NCBI GenBank assembly: GCA_041571435.1
Contig: JBFFUI010000011.1
Span: 1 to 53,350 of the forward strand
Length of the DNA stretch: 53,350 nucleotides
Reading direction: 5' to 3'
DNA from: Sulfurimonadaceae bacterium
Lineage (GTDB): Bacteria > Campylobacterota > Campylobacteria > Campylobacterales > Sulfurimonadaceae
In this document: one piece after another, positions 20,375-30,495 of the stretch
How the letters are laid out: each line of letters begins with the position of its first letter
How positions within the stretch are numbered: the first letter of the stretch is position 1
Position numbers and translations under genes: made by a program
The notes under the pieces: generated by a model
The model's input: only the letters and a program-made list of their open reading frames with translations
Databases searched by the model: none
What the model was told of the DNA's origin: nothing

Positions 20375-22064
20375 TTTGCGGTTTTTACTTTCGATTTTAT
20401 TCCTTCAGGTCACTCTCAGTGCCGAGCCAACTGCAGTCACTGTGGATCAGAATGCCAGTGTTGACGACCACGTTGCCCAAGAGCTGTTGATCAAAGCCTC
20501 GATCGCTGAGAACGAACGCCTTATCCGTGAGAAGCGGATCGAGACGATCACACAGTTTCAGACCGAACTTGATGATATCAACAAGCAGTTGTCAAAAGAC
20601 AATATCTGGGAGAAGAGCTACAGTTCACATATTGCCTATTCCCAGGTACGGGATGATCTGGCGCAACTTCAGACAAAAATAAAGCAACTGAGCAAAAAAC
20701 GTTCGAAGAGCAGTGATGATGTCGAGATGCTTGAGGACCTTAGAAGTAAGGAGAAGATACTTTCCGAACAGTTTGAACTGCTTGACAGACAGCAAGGTAA
20801 GAGCTTGTTTGCCGCACTGCTACAGCCAGAAGAGATCGAAGAGATCCCGGTTCTCTCAAATCCGTTCGACATATTTACAGCGATCTCATTTATTAAACAT
20901 CTTGAAGAGATCTATGCCGACTATAACAAACGGGGTGTAGAACTTACCGATATCATCTCCCTTCTGCAGAAGAAGAAAGAACTTTTAGTCAACCTCAAAG
21001 CGATTAATGAAAATGGCGGGTATGACGAAGAGCTCAACGATACGACGCGTCGCTTGGACAAATTTACCAATGCACAGGATATTTTGAAGATCACTGCCAA
21101 TATCTATGACAAACGTATTGATGAGATCGAAGTCAAGGTCAACAAAGAGGTCCAGATACAGTTTTACAAGCTCAGTAAGATCGGTCTGATCATTCTGTTC
21201 CTCTTTGGCCTTGCCTTCTTCCTTAAGGTAATGAGCAAAAAATATATCACGGACAACGACCGTTTTTACATGGCCAATAAGGTGATTAACTTCGGAAACT
21301 TTATACTGATCATGATCATCGTGCTCTTTAGCTATATAGAGAATGTTTCGTATCTGGTCACCGTACTCGGTTTCGCTTCGGCGGGTATCGCCATTGCAAT
21401 GAAGGACTGGTTCATGTCGATGCTGGGGTGGCTGGTGATCGTCTTGGGCGGTTCGATTCATGTCGGTGACAGGATCCGTGTCGATATGGACGGTATGCAG
21501 TATGTCGGTGATATTATGGATATCTCACTGCTGCGGATGACCCTGCTCGAAGACATTACACTGACGACCTATATGGACAATAGACGTGCCGGCAGGATCG
21601 TCTTTATACCGAACAACTACGTCTTCACCCGTATGATCGCAAGTTATTCGCACGATTCGCTTAAGACGGTCTGGGACGGGATCGATGTGACAATCACCTT
21701 TGACTCTAACCACAAAAAAGCGATGCACATCGCCAGAGAGGCTGCGCGCAAATATTCGAAAGGGTATACCGACATCACGCGCAAGCAGTTAAACAAACTG
21801 CGCCACAAATACAGTCTTAAAAACACCAATGTCGAGCCGAGGATATTTTCGTTTATCGAACCAAACGGCATTAATGTCAGTGTCTGGTATTTGACAAACG
21901 CGTATGCGACCTTGACGTTGCGAAGTACGATTTCGACCGATATTATCGATGCGTTTAATCTGGAAGACGATATTACGATTGCATACCCAACACAACAGCT
22001 CAAACTCTCAATGGAGAAATCGAAACGCAGCCTCCCGCCGGAGCAGGGTGAGGAGCAGTCATGA
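20361..22064 (+). CDS. MscS-family mechanosensitive channel with periplasmic coiled-coil
   Basis: LGFASAGIAIAMKD, IHVGDRI, FIPN. Confidence 0.9.
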   Translation: MRSTSLRFLLSILFLQVTLSAEPTAVTVDQNASVDDHVAQELLIKASIAENERLIREKRIETITQFQTELDDINKQLSKDNIWEKSYSSHIAYSQVRDDLAQLQTKIKQLSKKRSKSSDDVEMLEDLRSKEKILSEQFELLDRQQGKSLFAALLQPEEIEEIPVLSNPFDIFTAISFIKHLEEIYADYNKRGVELTDIISLLQKKKELLVNLKAINENGGYDEELNDTTRRLDKFTNAQDILKITANIYDKRIDEIEVKVNKEVQIQFYKLSKIGLIILFLFGLAFFLKVMSKKYITDNDRFYMANKVINFGNFILIMIIVLFSYIENVSYLVTVLGFASAGIAIAMKDWFMSMLGWLVIVLGGSIHVGDRIRVDMDGMQYVGDIMDISLLRMTLLEDITLTTYMDNRRAGRIVFIPNNYVFTRMIASYSHDSLKTVWDGIDVTITFDSNHKKAMHIAREAARKYSKGYTDITRKQLNKLRHKYSLKNTNVEPRIFSFIEPNGINVSVWYLTNAYATLTLRSTISTDIIDAFNLEDDITIAYPTQQLKLSMEKSKRSLPPEQGEEQS

Positions 22065-23311
22065 AGCGCAAGGTCTATTTAAAAACATTCGGCTGCCGTA
22101 CCAACCTTTTTGACTCGCAGGTGATGATGAGCAATCTTAAAGATTTCGACATCACCGAAAATGAGGCAGAGGCTGATATTATCATCGTCAACTCATGTAC
22201 CGTCACCAACAGTGCCGATGTCGGTGTCCGCGGTTACATCAACAGTATTGAAAAAGCGGGCAAGGCGAAGGTCTATTTGACGGGATGCGGTGCCCATACC
22301 AAAGGTGAGTCTCTTTTTGAGAACAACAAGATTTTCGGTGTGTTCGGCCAGTCAGAAAAGGTAAAGATCAATTCTCTGCTCCAAGAGAAAGAACGTTTTT
22401 ATGAACTGGGCGATCTTGATTTTGTTGATGATACCATCGTGGAAGAGTTTGTGGGCAAGTCCCGCGCCTTTATCAAGATCCAGGAGGGGTGCGATTTTCG
22501 CTGTTCTTACTGTATCATTCCCTATGTCCGAGGTGACTCACGCTCTATGGATGAGGCCAAGATCCTTGAGCAGGTAACGACACTTGCTATCAACGGATTT
22601 GGCGAATTTATCCTGACCGGGACAAATGTCGGATCATACGGCCACAGAGAAGACCGCACACTTGCTTCGCTGCTTAAAAAGATGTCCCAGATCCGAGGGG
22701 TACGCCGTATACGTCTTGGATCGCTGGAACCGATCCAGATTTCAGAAGAGTTTGAGGAGCTGCTTGATGAACCCTGGTTGGAAAAGCACCTGCATATTGC
22801 GTTGCAGCATACCTCACCGACAATGCTTAAGATCATGAACCGACGCAACAAGTTTGAGAATGACATCGCGCTTTTCCAACGCCTGCGTGAGAGAGGCTTT
22901 GCATTGGGAACGGATTTTATTGTCGGTCATCCGGGTGAGACGGAGCAGTTATGGCAAGAGGCGATGCAAAACCTTAAAGGTCTGCCGTTGACCCATGTCC
23001 ATGCCTTTACGTACTCGAAACGTGACGGTACGCCATCGGCTACCATGAAAAATGAGGTGAACGGTGCTGTTGCAAAGGCCCGACTTAAAGAGTTGATAGA
23101 ACTTGTCGATCAGAACAACTATGCCTTTCGAAAAGAGTTTGCCCATCTCCCCCTAGAGGTCCTGATCGAGAGTGAAAAAGAGGGGCAGTACCATGGGCTG
23201 GACCAGTTCTTTAACAAGATCATCATCGATTCGACGAAAGATCTTCTCGGTAACTGGTTGAGTGTTGAGAACTATGAAGTCAAAAAAGGCGGTAACTATG
23301 TTCGACTCTAA
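22061..23311 (+). CDS. mtaB: tRNA t6A37 methylthiotransferase
   Basis: TFGCRTN, NSCTVT, CDFRCSYC. Confidence 0.92.
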   Translation: MKRKVYLKTFGCRTNLFDSQVMMSNLKDFDITENEAEADIIIVNSCTVTNSADVGVRGYINSIEKAGKAKVYLTGCGAHTKGESLFENNKIFGVFGQSEKVKINSLLQEKERFYELGDLDFVDDTIVEEFVGKSRAFIKIQEGCDFRCSYCIIPYVRGDSRSMDEAKILEQVTTLAINGFGEFILTGTNVGSYGHREDRTLASLLKKMSQIRGVRRIRLGSLEPIQISEEFEELLDEPWLEKHLHIALQHTSPTMLKIMNRRNKFENDIALFQRLRERGFALGTDFIVGHPGETEQLWQEAMQNLKGLPLTHVHAFTYSKRDGTPSATMKNEVNGAVAKARLKELIELVDQNNYAFRKEFAHLPLEVLIESEKEGQYHGLDQFFNKIIIDSTKDLLGNWLSVENYEVKKGGNYVRL

Positions 23312-24938
23312 ACAAAACCGTATTATTCTTATTGCATCTGCTGCTATCATCCTCGCGCTGGTTGCCTTTGCCGTTCTACGCGATACGTCTCAGGTCGCCT
23401 CTCTGACGAAGGTGACCGAACTTGTCAAAGCGAAAAAAATTGTGCATATCGTACAGGGTGAGGAGAACTACTACATCCAAACAGCCGATACGATCTATAG
23501 TATTCCCATCAGCCAGGTATCGCCACGACTGCTTAGAAATTACAGCATCGAAGTCGATAGCGACAGTACGGTCATTATCACGATCACACTGGTGATCATG
23601 GCATTGGCCGGACTCTCATACGGTGTGCGCTACTGGTTAAAGCTTGAGAGTGGGGCGTCAAACGAAGGGACGATCTTTAAAGCATCTTCGGCTTCGGGAA
23701 GCGGTGAAGGCGAGAACATTCTACCGGTTGAGTCTGATGTGACGTTCGATGATATTGGCGGTATTGCTGATGTTAAACAGGAACTTCAGGAGATCATTGT
23801 GTTTTTGCGTAATCCATCACGTTTCAAGAGCTTTGGTGCACGTATGCCGCGAGGGGTTCTACTGGTCGGTCCTCCCGGTGTCGGTAAGACAATGATCGCC
23901 AAAGCTGTTGCGGCTGAAGCCGGTGTGCCTTTTTATTATCAGAGTGCAGCCTCATTTGTCCAGATTTATGTCGGAATGGGTGCCAAACGTGTGCACGAAC
24001 TTTTTACAGCGGCGAAAAACAACTCCCCGGCGATCATCTTTATCGATGAGATCGATGCCGTGGGTAAAAAACGTGACGGCAACCGCTCTGATGAGCGTGA
24101 GGGGACACTCAACCAGCTTCTGACGGAGATGGACGGTTTTGAGGACAGCAGCGGTGTTATCGTTGTCGCCGCTACTAACAAGATCGAAGTTCTAGATGAT
24201 GCCTTGCTACGTGCAGGGCGTTTTGACAGACGTGTTTTTGTTGAGCTTCCGACACCCACAGAACGCGAAGCGATCATTCACAAATATCTCTCAAAGGTGC
24301 CAAATAGTGCCGATGTCGACGAGATCGTACATATGAGTGTCGGTTTCAATGGGGCAGCCCTGGCGACACTAGTCAACGAAGCTGCCTTGTTGGCCTTGCG
24401 TGAGAAGGCGATGCAGGTCACGATGGAACACTTTTATGCGGTCAAAGACAAAGTCGCTTACGGCAAAAAGAAACTGGCCATCCTGTCACCGCAGCAGAAA
24501 CAGTTCAGAGCACGCTATCTGGCTTCAAAAGCGGTCCTTGCCTATACGAATGACCTCTCGTTTGAGAAGGTGATGCTCTCTTCCGAAACGATCAAACCGC
24601 AGTTGGATGCACCGATGATCCAAAGTGAGATAGAAGTGCGTATCAAGGTTCTGCTCGCAGGTATGGCCGGTTGTGATATCCATTTTGATCAGCATGCGAC
24701 CAATGTCAACAGCGACCTGAGTCATGCCAAGCGACTTGCATTGGAGATGGTAACACTGTACGGGATGGGCAAAAGTGTTGCTGCTTCAGCCGGTGAGGAT
24801 GCCGCTATTTTAGACAAGCTGTATGATCAGACAAAAAGCCAGCTTGGCCAATACGAGAGTGCAATCGCTGCAATTGAAGCGGTCTTGATGGAGAAAGAGG
24901 CGATCACCAAAGAGCATATCGGCGAGTTGATAGGCTGA
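23298..24938 (+). CDS. FtsH-like membrane AAA+ ATPase lacking HEXXH
   Basis: GPPGVGKT, IFIDE, NQLLTEMDGF, RAGRFDR; the zinc-site region reads RARYLASKA. Confidence 0.9.
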   Translation: MFDSKQNRIILIASAAIILALVAFAVLRDTSQVASLTKVTELVKAKKIVHIVQGEENYYIQTADTIYSIPISQVSPRLLRNYSIEVDSDSTVIITITLVIMALAGLSYGVRYWLKLESGASNEGTIFKASSASGSGEGENILPVESDVTFDDIGGIADVKQELQEIIVFLRNPSRFKSFGARMPRGVLLVGPPGVGKTMIAKAVAAEAGVPFYYQSAASFVQIYVGMGAKRVHELFTAAKNNSPAIIFIDEIDAVGKKRDGNRSDEREGTLNQLLTEMDGFEDSSGVIVVAATNKIEVLDDALLRAGRFDRRVFVELPTPTEREAIIHKYLSKVPNSADVDEIVHMSVGFNGAALATLVNEAALLALREKAMQVTMEHFYAVKDKVAYGKKKLAILSPQQKQFRARYLASKAVLAYTNDLSFEKVMLSSETIKPQLDAPMIQSEIEVRIKVLLAGMAGCDIHFDQHATNVNSDLSHAKRLALEMVTLYGMGKSVAASAGEDAAILDKLYDQTKSQLGQYESAIAAIEAVLMEKEAITKEHIGELIG

Positions 24939-24940
24939 TA

Positions 24941-25450
24941 ATGTACTTTAACGGTTTCGCGCTTCAAGATGAAGCTCACTTTTTTGACACTATCTTGGAG
25001 CATGGACAATACGTCATCAGCGGTTTCAGTTACGGTGCTATCAAAGCGTTTGAAGAGGCAATTAGCAGCACTACCCGCGTCGACAAACTGCAGCTTATCT
25101 CTCCAGCATTTTTTCAAAGTAAACCTGAAAAATTTAAACGCCTTCAGCTGATGGGCTATAAAAAAGACAGCAACACGTATCTGGAAAAATTTACAGCGAA
25201 CTGTTTTCTGCCCTACGATGTTCGAGCGCTACATTACCGCGTGCACAGTGTTGAAGAGCTGGAAGAGCTTTTACACTATGTGTGGGATACTGATGTGCTT
25301 CAAAAGCTTGTCAGCAAAGGGACCCGCATTGAGGTCTATTTAGGCGATCAGGACAAGATAAGCGATGTCGGAGCGGCCTACGACTTTTTTTTGCCTTTTG
25401 CAACGGTAACGTTGATCAAAGGTGCCAACCATTTTTTACAAGGAGAATAA
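24941..25450 (+). CDS. bioV: Pimeloyl-ACP methyl ester esterase BioV
   Basis: YFNGF, GFSYG, LQLISPAFF, GANH. Confidence 0.88.
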   Translation: MYFNGFALQDEAHFFDTILEHGQYVISGFSYGAIKAFEEAISSTTRVDKLQLISPAFFQSKPEKFKRLQLMGYKKDSNTYLEKFTANCFLPYDVRALHYRVHSVEELEELLHYVWDTDVLQKLVSKGTRIEVYLGDQDKISDVGAAYDFFLPFATVTLIKGANHFLQGE

Positions 25451-25453
25451 GAT

Positions 25454-25987
25454 ATGAGCCAGATCAAGATAGGTGTTATTACGGCATCTGACAGAGCCAG
25501 CGCAGGGATATATGAAGATATATCAGGGATGGCGATACAAGAGACGATGAAAGCGTATTTGACCAGTGAATTTGAGATCGAGTATCGCTGTATACCAGAT
25601 GAACAGTCGACGATCGAAGAGACGATGAAAGATCTGTGTGACGAAGCAGGTTGTTGCCTTGTTGTCACGACCGGCGGAACGGGTCCTGCACTGCGCGATG
25701 TCACACCTGAAGCGACAGAAAATGTCTGTCAAAAGATGATGCCCGGTTTTGGTGAGCTAATGCGCCAGGTCTCACTGCAGTATGTACCGACGGCGATTCT
25801 GTCACGCCAAACGGCGGGTATCCGCGGTCAATCACTGATCATCAACCTTCCGGGCAAACCCAAATCGATACGCGAGTGTCTTGATGCGGTCTTTCCGGCC
25901 GTGCCATACTGCATCGATCTGATAGAGGGGCCCTACCTGGAGTGTGACGAGAGTGTCATCAAAGCGTTCCGCCCAAAGGCAAAATAG
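25454..25987 (+). CDS. mog: Molybdopterin adenylyltransferase
   Basis: SDRAS.G.YED, TTGGTGP, DVTPEAT, NLPGKP. Confidence 0.96.
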   Translation: MSQIKIGVITASDRASAGIYEDISGMAIQETMKAYLTSEFEIEYRCIPDEQSTIEETMKDLCDEAGCCLVVTTGGTGPALRDVTPEATENVCQKMMPGFGELMRQVSLQYVPTAILSRQTAGIRGQSLIINLPGKPKSIRECLDAVFPAVPYCIDLIEGPYLECDESVIKAFRPKAK

Positions 25988-26031
25988 GTACGCTAGGAAT
26001 CTGCTCTGATCATCAAGGCAATAGCGATGAG

Positions 26032-26808
26032 CTATAAAGCCAGGCGTATTCCGACCGGACAGTGGTCCGAACCTTCGATCTCCTGGAGTATGAATGCATC
26101 TTCCAGTACTTCGGCCAGATCATCGGAGATAAAGAAGTAGTCGATCCTCCATCCGACGTTCTTGGCCCGAGCGCCGGAGCGGTAGGACCACCAGCTGTAC
26201 TCCTCTTCTTTGTTGCCATGGACATATCGGAAGGTGTCGATGTAGCCGCTCTGTATCAGACGGTCAATCCATTCGCGTTCAATAGGCAAAAAGCCAGACG
26301 TTTTTGAATTGGCCTTCGGGTTTTTGAGGTCGATCTCACGGTGGGCGGTGTTGACGTCACCGCAGATGATGATAGATTTTCCTTCTTCGCGTAGTTTGTC
26401 GCAGTACTCCAGGAAGTCTTCATAAAACTGCATTTTCAGCGCCAGGCGGATATCGTCTTTCTGACCGTTAGGAAAATAGACGTTAAAGAGCACAAAATCG
26501 CCGTAATCCTGCTCAACGATACGTCCTTCATGTGCCAGGTCGATATCGTAACGATTGTCCGTGTAGTTCGGATCCAGTGTGGAGTAGGTGGCTGTCCCGG
26601 AGTAGCCTTTCTTCTCAGCGCTGTTGACAGCAAGTGAGCTGTATTTGAATTCAAACATATCTGTCGGTATCTGATCGTAGGTCGCTTTGATCTCCTGTAG
26701 ACATAAGATGTCCGGTTGACGTTCGTCGATCCATTTAAGTGCTTCTTTGTTAGCAACGGCGCGGATACCGTTGACATTCCATGAAATTATCTCGATACTA
26801 TCTGCCAT
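26032..26808 (-). CDS. xth: Exodeoxyribonuclease III
   Basis: SWNVNG, LQEIK, GDVNTAH, GWRIDY, SDHCP. Confidence 0.96.
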   Translation of the reverse strand: MADSIEIISWNVNGIRAVANKEALKWIDERQPDILCLQEIKATYDQIPTDMFEFKYSSLAVNSAEKKGYSGTATYSTLDPNYTDNRYDIDLAHEGRIVEQDYGDFVLFNVYFPNGQKDDIRLALKMQFYEDFLEYCDKLREEGKSIIICGDVNTAHREIDLKNPKANSKTSGFLPIEREWIDRLIQSGYIDTFRYVHGNKEEEYSWWSYRSGARAKNVGWRIDYFFISDDLAEVLEDAFILQEIEGSDHCPVGIRLAL

Positions 26809-26971
26809 ATAAATTCCTGCTATTCTATTGTTGGCATATTTTACAATCTAAAACTATGAATTTTCTTACTGTTCTCTCTCAGGGTAGAAAATGCGTCAAA
26901 TACGCGCGATTTGGAAAATGGAGAGGTGCTCTGTTTGGAGTAGAATGCAAGCTTGTTTGCTATGCTTGAGC

Positions 26972-27763
26972 TTAAAAAAGAAAGCTCTCTTTCATATGTT
27001 CTTCAATGTCGTGCAGGTCAAATGCGGCATGGATAAAGTGGTTGCTGGCAAGGATACCCTGTCCCAGCAGCATGTCCGCACCGTCTTTGGTCGTGACGTT
27101 CAACTCTTTTGAGAGTTTTAGAAAAGGTGTCTCTTTACCGTAGATAACATCGGCACTGAAAGCGGCTCTCTGCAGCAGCAGTTTGAGCGTCCCGATAGGA
27201 GCAGGGTAGCTGTCGTCTTCCAGACCGGCAGAGGTGGTGTTGACAATAAGATCGTATGCTTCGATCTTTATACTGTCCCAGGTCTCCGTTTTGAAGCCCA
27301 CTTTTTTGAATGGCTCAAGACGACCGGCTGATCGGTTCAACACGGTCACATCTGCTCCTTCGTCTTTGAAACGTGTCGAGAGTGCTTTGGACGTGCCGCC
27401 GGCACCGATGATGAGTACACGCTCTATTTTGCCGAAGGGGGCGATGGCATAGAGAAAGCCGTCGGCATCTGTGTTGTAACCGATAAGTTTTCCATCTTCA
27501 TTGACGATGGTATTGACAACGCCGATCTTCTTGGCAAATCCGCGGATCTCGTCACAGGCTTTGAAGGCTGCCTCTTTATGGGGTACAGTAACATTGGCAC
27601 CGCAGAGACCCAGCTTGAAAAAAGTCTCACGCAGTTTTGTGCCGTCTGTAAGATGGACACGCGTATAGCAGGCCTTGATACCGAGCGATTTGAATACATG
27701 GTTGTGCATCAACGGGGAGCGCGAGTGGGCTACAGGGTCACCGAAGATGGCAAAGAATTTCAT
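26972..27763 (-). CDS. aroE: Shikimate dehydrogenase
   Basis: HSRSP, NVTVPHK, NTD, GAGG. Confidence 0.96.
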   Translation of the reverse strand: MKFFAIFGDPVAHSRSPLMHNHVFKSLGIKACYTRVHLTDGTKLRETFFKLGLCGANVTVPHKEAAFKACDEIRGFAKKIGVVNTIVNEDGKLIGYNTDADGFLYAIAPFGKIERVLIIGAGGTSKALSTRFKDEGADVTVLNRSAGRLEPFKKVGFKTETWDSIKIEAYDLIVNTTSAGLEDDSYPAPIGTLKLLLQRAAFSADVIYGKETPFLKLSKELNVTTKDGADMLLGQGILASNHFIHAAFDLHDIEEHMKESFLF

Positions 27764-29172
27764 TTTATCTCTTTAAGATCATTCAACGAGCTGACAAGCG
27801 CGCCGAGCTTGTTGTGTACCTCCAGATACTCCATCTCGGGTACAGAGTCGGCTACGATGCCGGCACCGGCCTGCAGGATGACCTGGTCCGGTTTGACCAG
27901 TGCGGTACGGATCGTGATAGCGGAGTCCATATTACCGTCAAAACCGAAGTAACCGACAGAACCGCTGTAAAAGCCGCGCTTGAGTCCTTCGAATTCGGCG
28001 ATGAGCTCCATGGCACGGATCTTTGGTGCACCGGTCATCGTACCGGCCGTGAAGGTTGCCGCAAAGAGGTCAAACATATCTTTGTCGTCACGCAGCTTTG
28101 CAACAACGTCTGTGACGATGTGCATGACATGCGAATAGCGCTCAATATGCATCATGTTCTCGACCTTGACCGTGCCTGTCTTGGCGACACGGCCCACATC
28201 GTTACGACCGAGGTCGATAAGCATAAGATGTTCTGCCAGCTCTTTAGGATCAGCCAAAAGTTCATCTTCCATAGCCTTATCCTGCTCTTTTGTCTTGCCG
28301 CGTTTTCGCGTACCGGCAATAGGGCGTAGCAGCAGCTCTCCCTCAGTCAATCGTACCATCACCTCTGGCGATGAGCCGACAATACTGAAGGCTTCAAACT
28401 CCATCAAAAACATATAAGGCGACGGGTTTTTAGTCCGCAGGATCCTGTAGAAAGAGAAAGGGTCCACCTCTACATTTCGCGTAAATCTGTTGGTCATAAG
28501 TATCTGGAAGACATCGCCGCTTTTGATCATCTCTTTAGACTTGGCGACCATGTCGAAGAATGTCTCTTTGGAGAAGGCGAAGGAACCTTCATCTTCACCA
28601 ACAAGCGGTTTTAACGGTGTGTAGTTATAAGCAGATTTCAGATCGGCCTCGATCTCGTCAAAATGTTCTTCGAACCCTTCGGCCAAGGTCAGCAGTGTGA
28701 TCTGATGGTCTTTGTGGGAGTAGACGGCAACCATCTTAGGCAAAACCAGGTCAAGGTCAGGTACGTCCATTGTGTCTTCGAGTTTGTCCATGTAACGTGC
28801 AAGTACGGGCTCGAACACTTTGACCATGTCATAGCCGATATAGCCGATAAAACCGTCAACGTAGCCGAGTCCGAGCGTTTTGGTGTACTCTTTGTATTTC
28901 TGCGTGTCGATCTTGTTGTAGTACTCTTTCAAAAATGCAAAAGGGGAGCCGTCTATGGTCTCCTGAGAGCCCAGCGCATCGGTATAGGTCGTTACGTTAC
29001 CTTTGTATTGAAGACGCTCTCTTGCGCCGATAATGACAATTGAGTAGTTGCCTTCGGAACCGCCGGCACTTTCAAAGAGAAAACTGATCTCATCGCTGAA
29101 CCGTGTTTTAAGCTTTTCATAAACCGCGATCGGTGCGAACTGATCGAGCATAAAATGTTGTGTTTTGATCAC
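27760..29172 (-). CDS. trpE: Anthranilate synthase component I
   Basis: NPSPY, SSPE, PIAGT, AEHLMLIDLGRND, TGAPK. Confidence 0.93.
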   Translation of the reverse strand: MIKTQHFMLDQFAPIAVYEKLKTRFSDEISFLFESAGGSEGNYSIVIIGARERLQYKGNVTTYTDALGSQETIDGSPFAFLKEYYNKIDTQKYKEYTKTLGLGYVDGFIGYIGYDMVKVFEPVLARYMDKLEDTMDVPDLDLVLPKMVAVYSHKDHQITLLTLAEGFEEHFDEIEADLKSAYNYTPLKPLVGEDEGSFAFSKETFFDMVAKSKEMIKSGDVFQILMTNRFTRNVEVDPFSFYRILRTKNPSPYMFLMEFEAFSIVGSSPEVMVRLTEGELLLRPIAGTRKRGKTKEQDKAMEDELLADPKELAEHLMLIDLGRNDVGRVAKTGTVKVENMMHIERYSHVMHIVTDVVAKLRDDKDMFDLFAATFTAGTMTGAPKIRAMELIAEFEGLKRGFYSGSVGYFGFDGNMDSAITIRTALVKPDQVILQAGAGIVADSVPEMEYLEVHNKLGALVSSLNDLKEIK

Positions 29173-29181
29173 AGTGACCCT

Positions 29182-29991
29182 TTAGAGTTTAATAAGAAAC
29201 GCGCCCGGCTCAACGCTCTTTTTGATAATAGGAAGTGCCTCGCGTGCAGCCGACTGCGTTTTAAATGGTCCGACAAGGACCTTGTTCAAGGTCTTACCGC
29301 CGCGCGTAACCTTGTGGTAGGTATAGGTATAACCGCGATTTGTAATCTTGGCTAAAAAGGCTTTGGATGGTTCATATTTTGCAAATGAACCAACCTGAAC
29401 ATAGTATTTACCGTATTGAGCTTCCGTTTTATGCTTCTGTACGACTTGTTTGCTTTTCGGATCATATTTTCCGGAAGGACGTACTGGTTTTGGCTTAAGC
29501 ACCTGTTTCGGTTCAGCTTTTTGTACCGGTTTCGGCGGAACACTCTTAGGCTTGGTCGTTGTCGTATAGACAGGCTCTTCGATAATCTCAGGCTCTTCAA
29601 AAGCAGTTTCATAGATACGGTGTGTTTCATCTTTGCCATCAGGTGTTTTAGAGACTTCCTTCTGTTGAACATCGACGGGCGCTTCACTCTCGACAGGGGT
29701 ACTCTCTTCGACCGGTTCATTTACAGGTTCGCTTACCGGTTCATTAACCGCAATAGGCTCTTCAACTACGTTGAACTCAGGTTCTTCAACCACCTCTTCA
29801 ACCACTACTTCGCTCATTTTCGGAGCATGTGGAAGAGCGGACTCTTTTTTCCCGCTGAACTGGTTCATGATGACGACCACGATGATCAGGATAATAGCAA
29901 AAGTGGCCACTGTCAAGAGGATCTTTTTGGTATTGTTTCCTTTGGAGTGTTTGTTCAAGATGATGTCATTGAGTCCGTTTTTCTCGTCCAT
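29182..29991 (-). CDS. SPOR-domain cell division protein (FtsN/DedD-like)
   Basis: N-terminal TM, Pro/Glu linker, YYVQVGSF...VLVGPF. Confidence 0.9.
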   Translation of the reverse strand: MDEKNGLNDIILNKHSKGNNTKKILLTVATFAIILIIVVVIMNQFSGKKESALPHAPKMSEVVVEEVVEEPEFNVVEEPIAVNEPVSEPVNEPVEESTPVESEAPVDVQQKEVSKTPDGKDETHRIYETAFEEPEIIEEPVYTTTTKPKSVPPKPVQKAEPKQVLKPKPVRPSGKYDPKSKQVVQKHKTEAQYGKYYVQVGSFAKYEPSKAFLAKITNRGYTYTYHKVTRGGKTLNKVLVGPFKTQSAAREALPIIKKSVEPGAFLIKL

Positions 29992-29994
29992 AGA

Positions 29995-30495
29995 TTAACC
30001 TTTAAAAGTATTGTAGGGCAGATTTAAAATATTATATGCATCTGGTAGGCCCGGATTAGGAAAAATACGCCACTGTTTGTGGAGTTTTTCTTCCAATTTA
30101 TGCGAGATTATTTTACCAAGTTCTTCTCTTTGTGGAGCTGAAATATCACCGCAATAGACATAGAGGTGCAGATGAGAAGGTGTTTTGCTCTCATAGGGGA
30201 TAAAGTCATTAAGTCCCTGACTGCGTAAAACTTTGGAGATCTTATGATAAAAAAGTTCTCTGTTGTCACCATTGTAATCGAATACAAAATAGTGGGCATC
30301 TGGCGGAATAGTGGTTGCTATGGTGATCTTGTGGTTGCGGTGTTTTTCAATGAGCTCGTCGGTTAGATAACGGTCGATCTTTTCATATTTACTTAAGAAG
30401 GTGCGCCCTTCAAAAGTGATTTTCTCGATGATCTTCGGGTGTTTTAACCAGTAGTGATCTCTGATCAAAGGAAATAGAGCAGAGATCATAGCCAT
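29995..30495 (-). CDS. DUF1882 domain protein
   Basis: FDYNG, YESKTP.HLHLY, WRIFP, NILNLPY; lies next to glyA. Confidence 0.85.
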   Translation of the reverse strand: MAMISALFPLIRDHYWLKHPKIIEKITFEGRTFLSKYEKIDRYLTDELIEKHRNHKITIATTIPPDAHYFVFDYNGDNRELFYHKISKVLRSQGLNDFIPYESKTPSHLHLYVYCGDISAPQREELGKIISHKLEEKLHKQWRIFPNPGLPDAYNILNLPYNTFKG

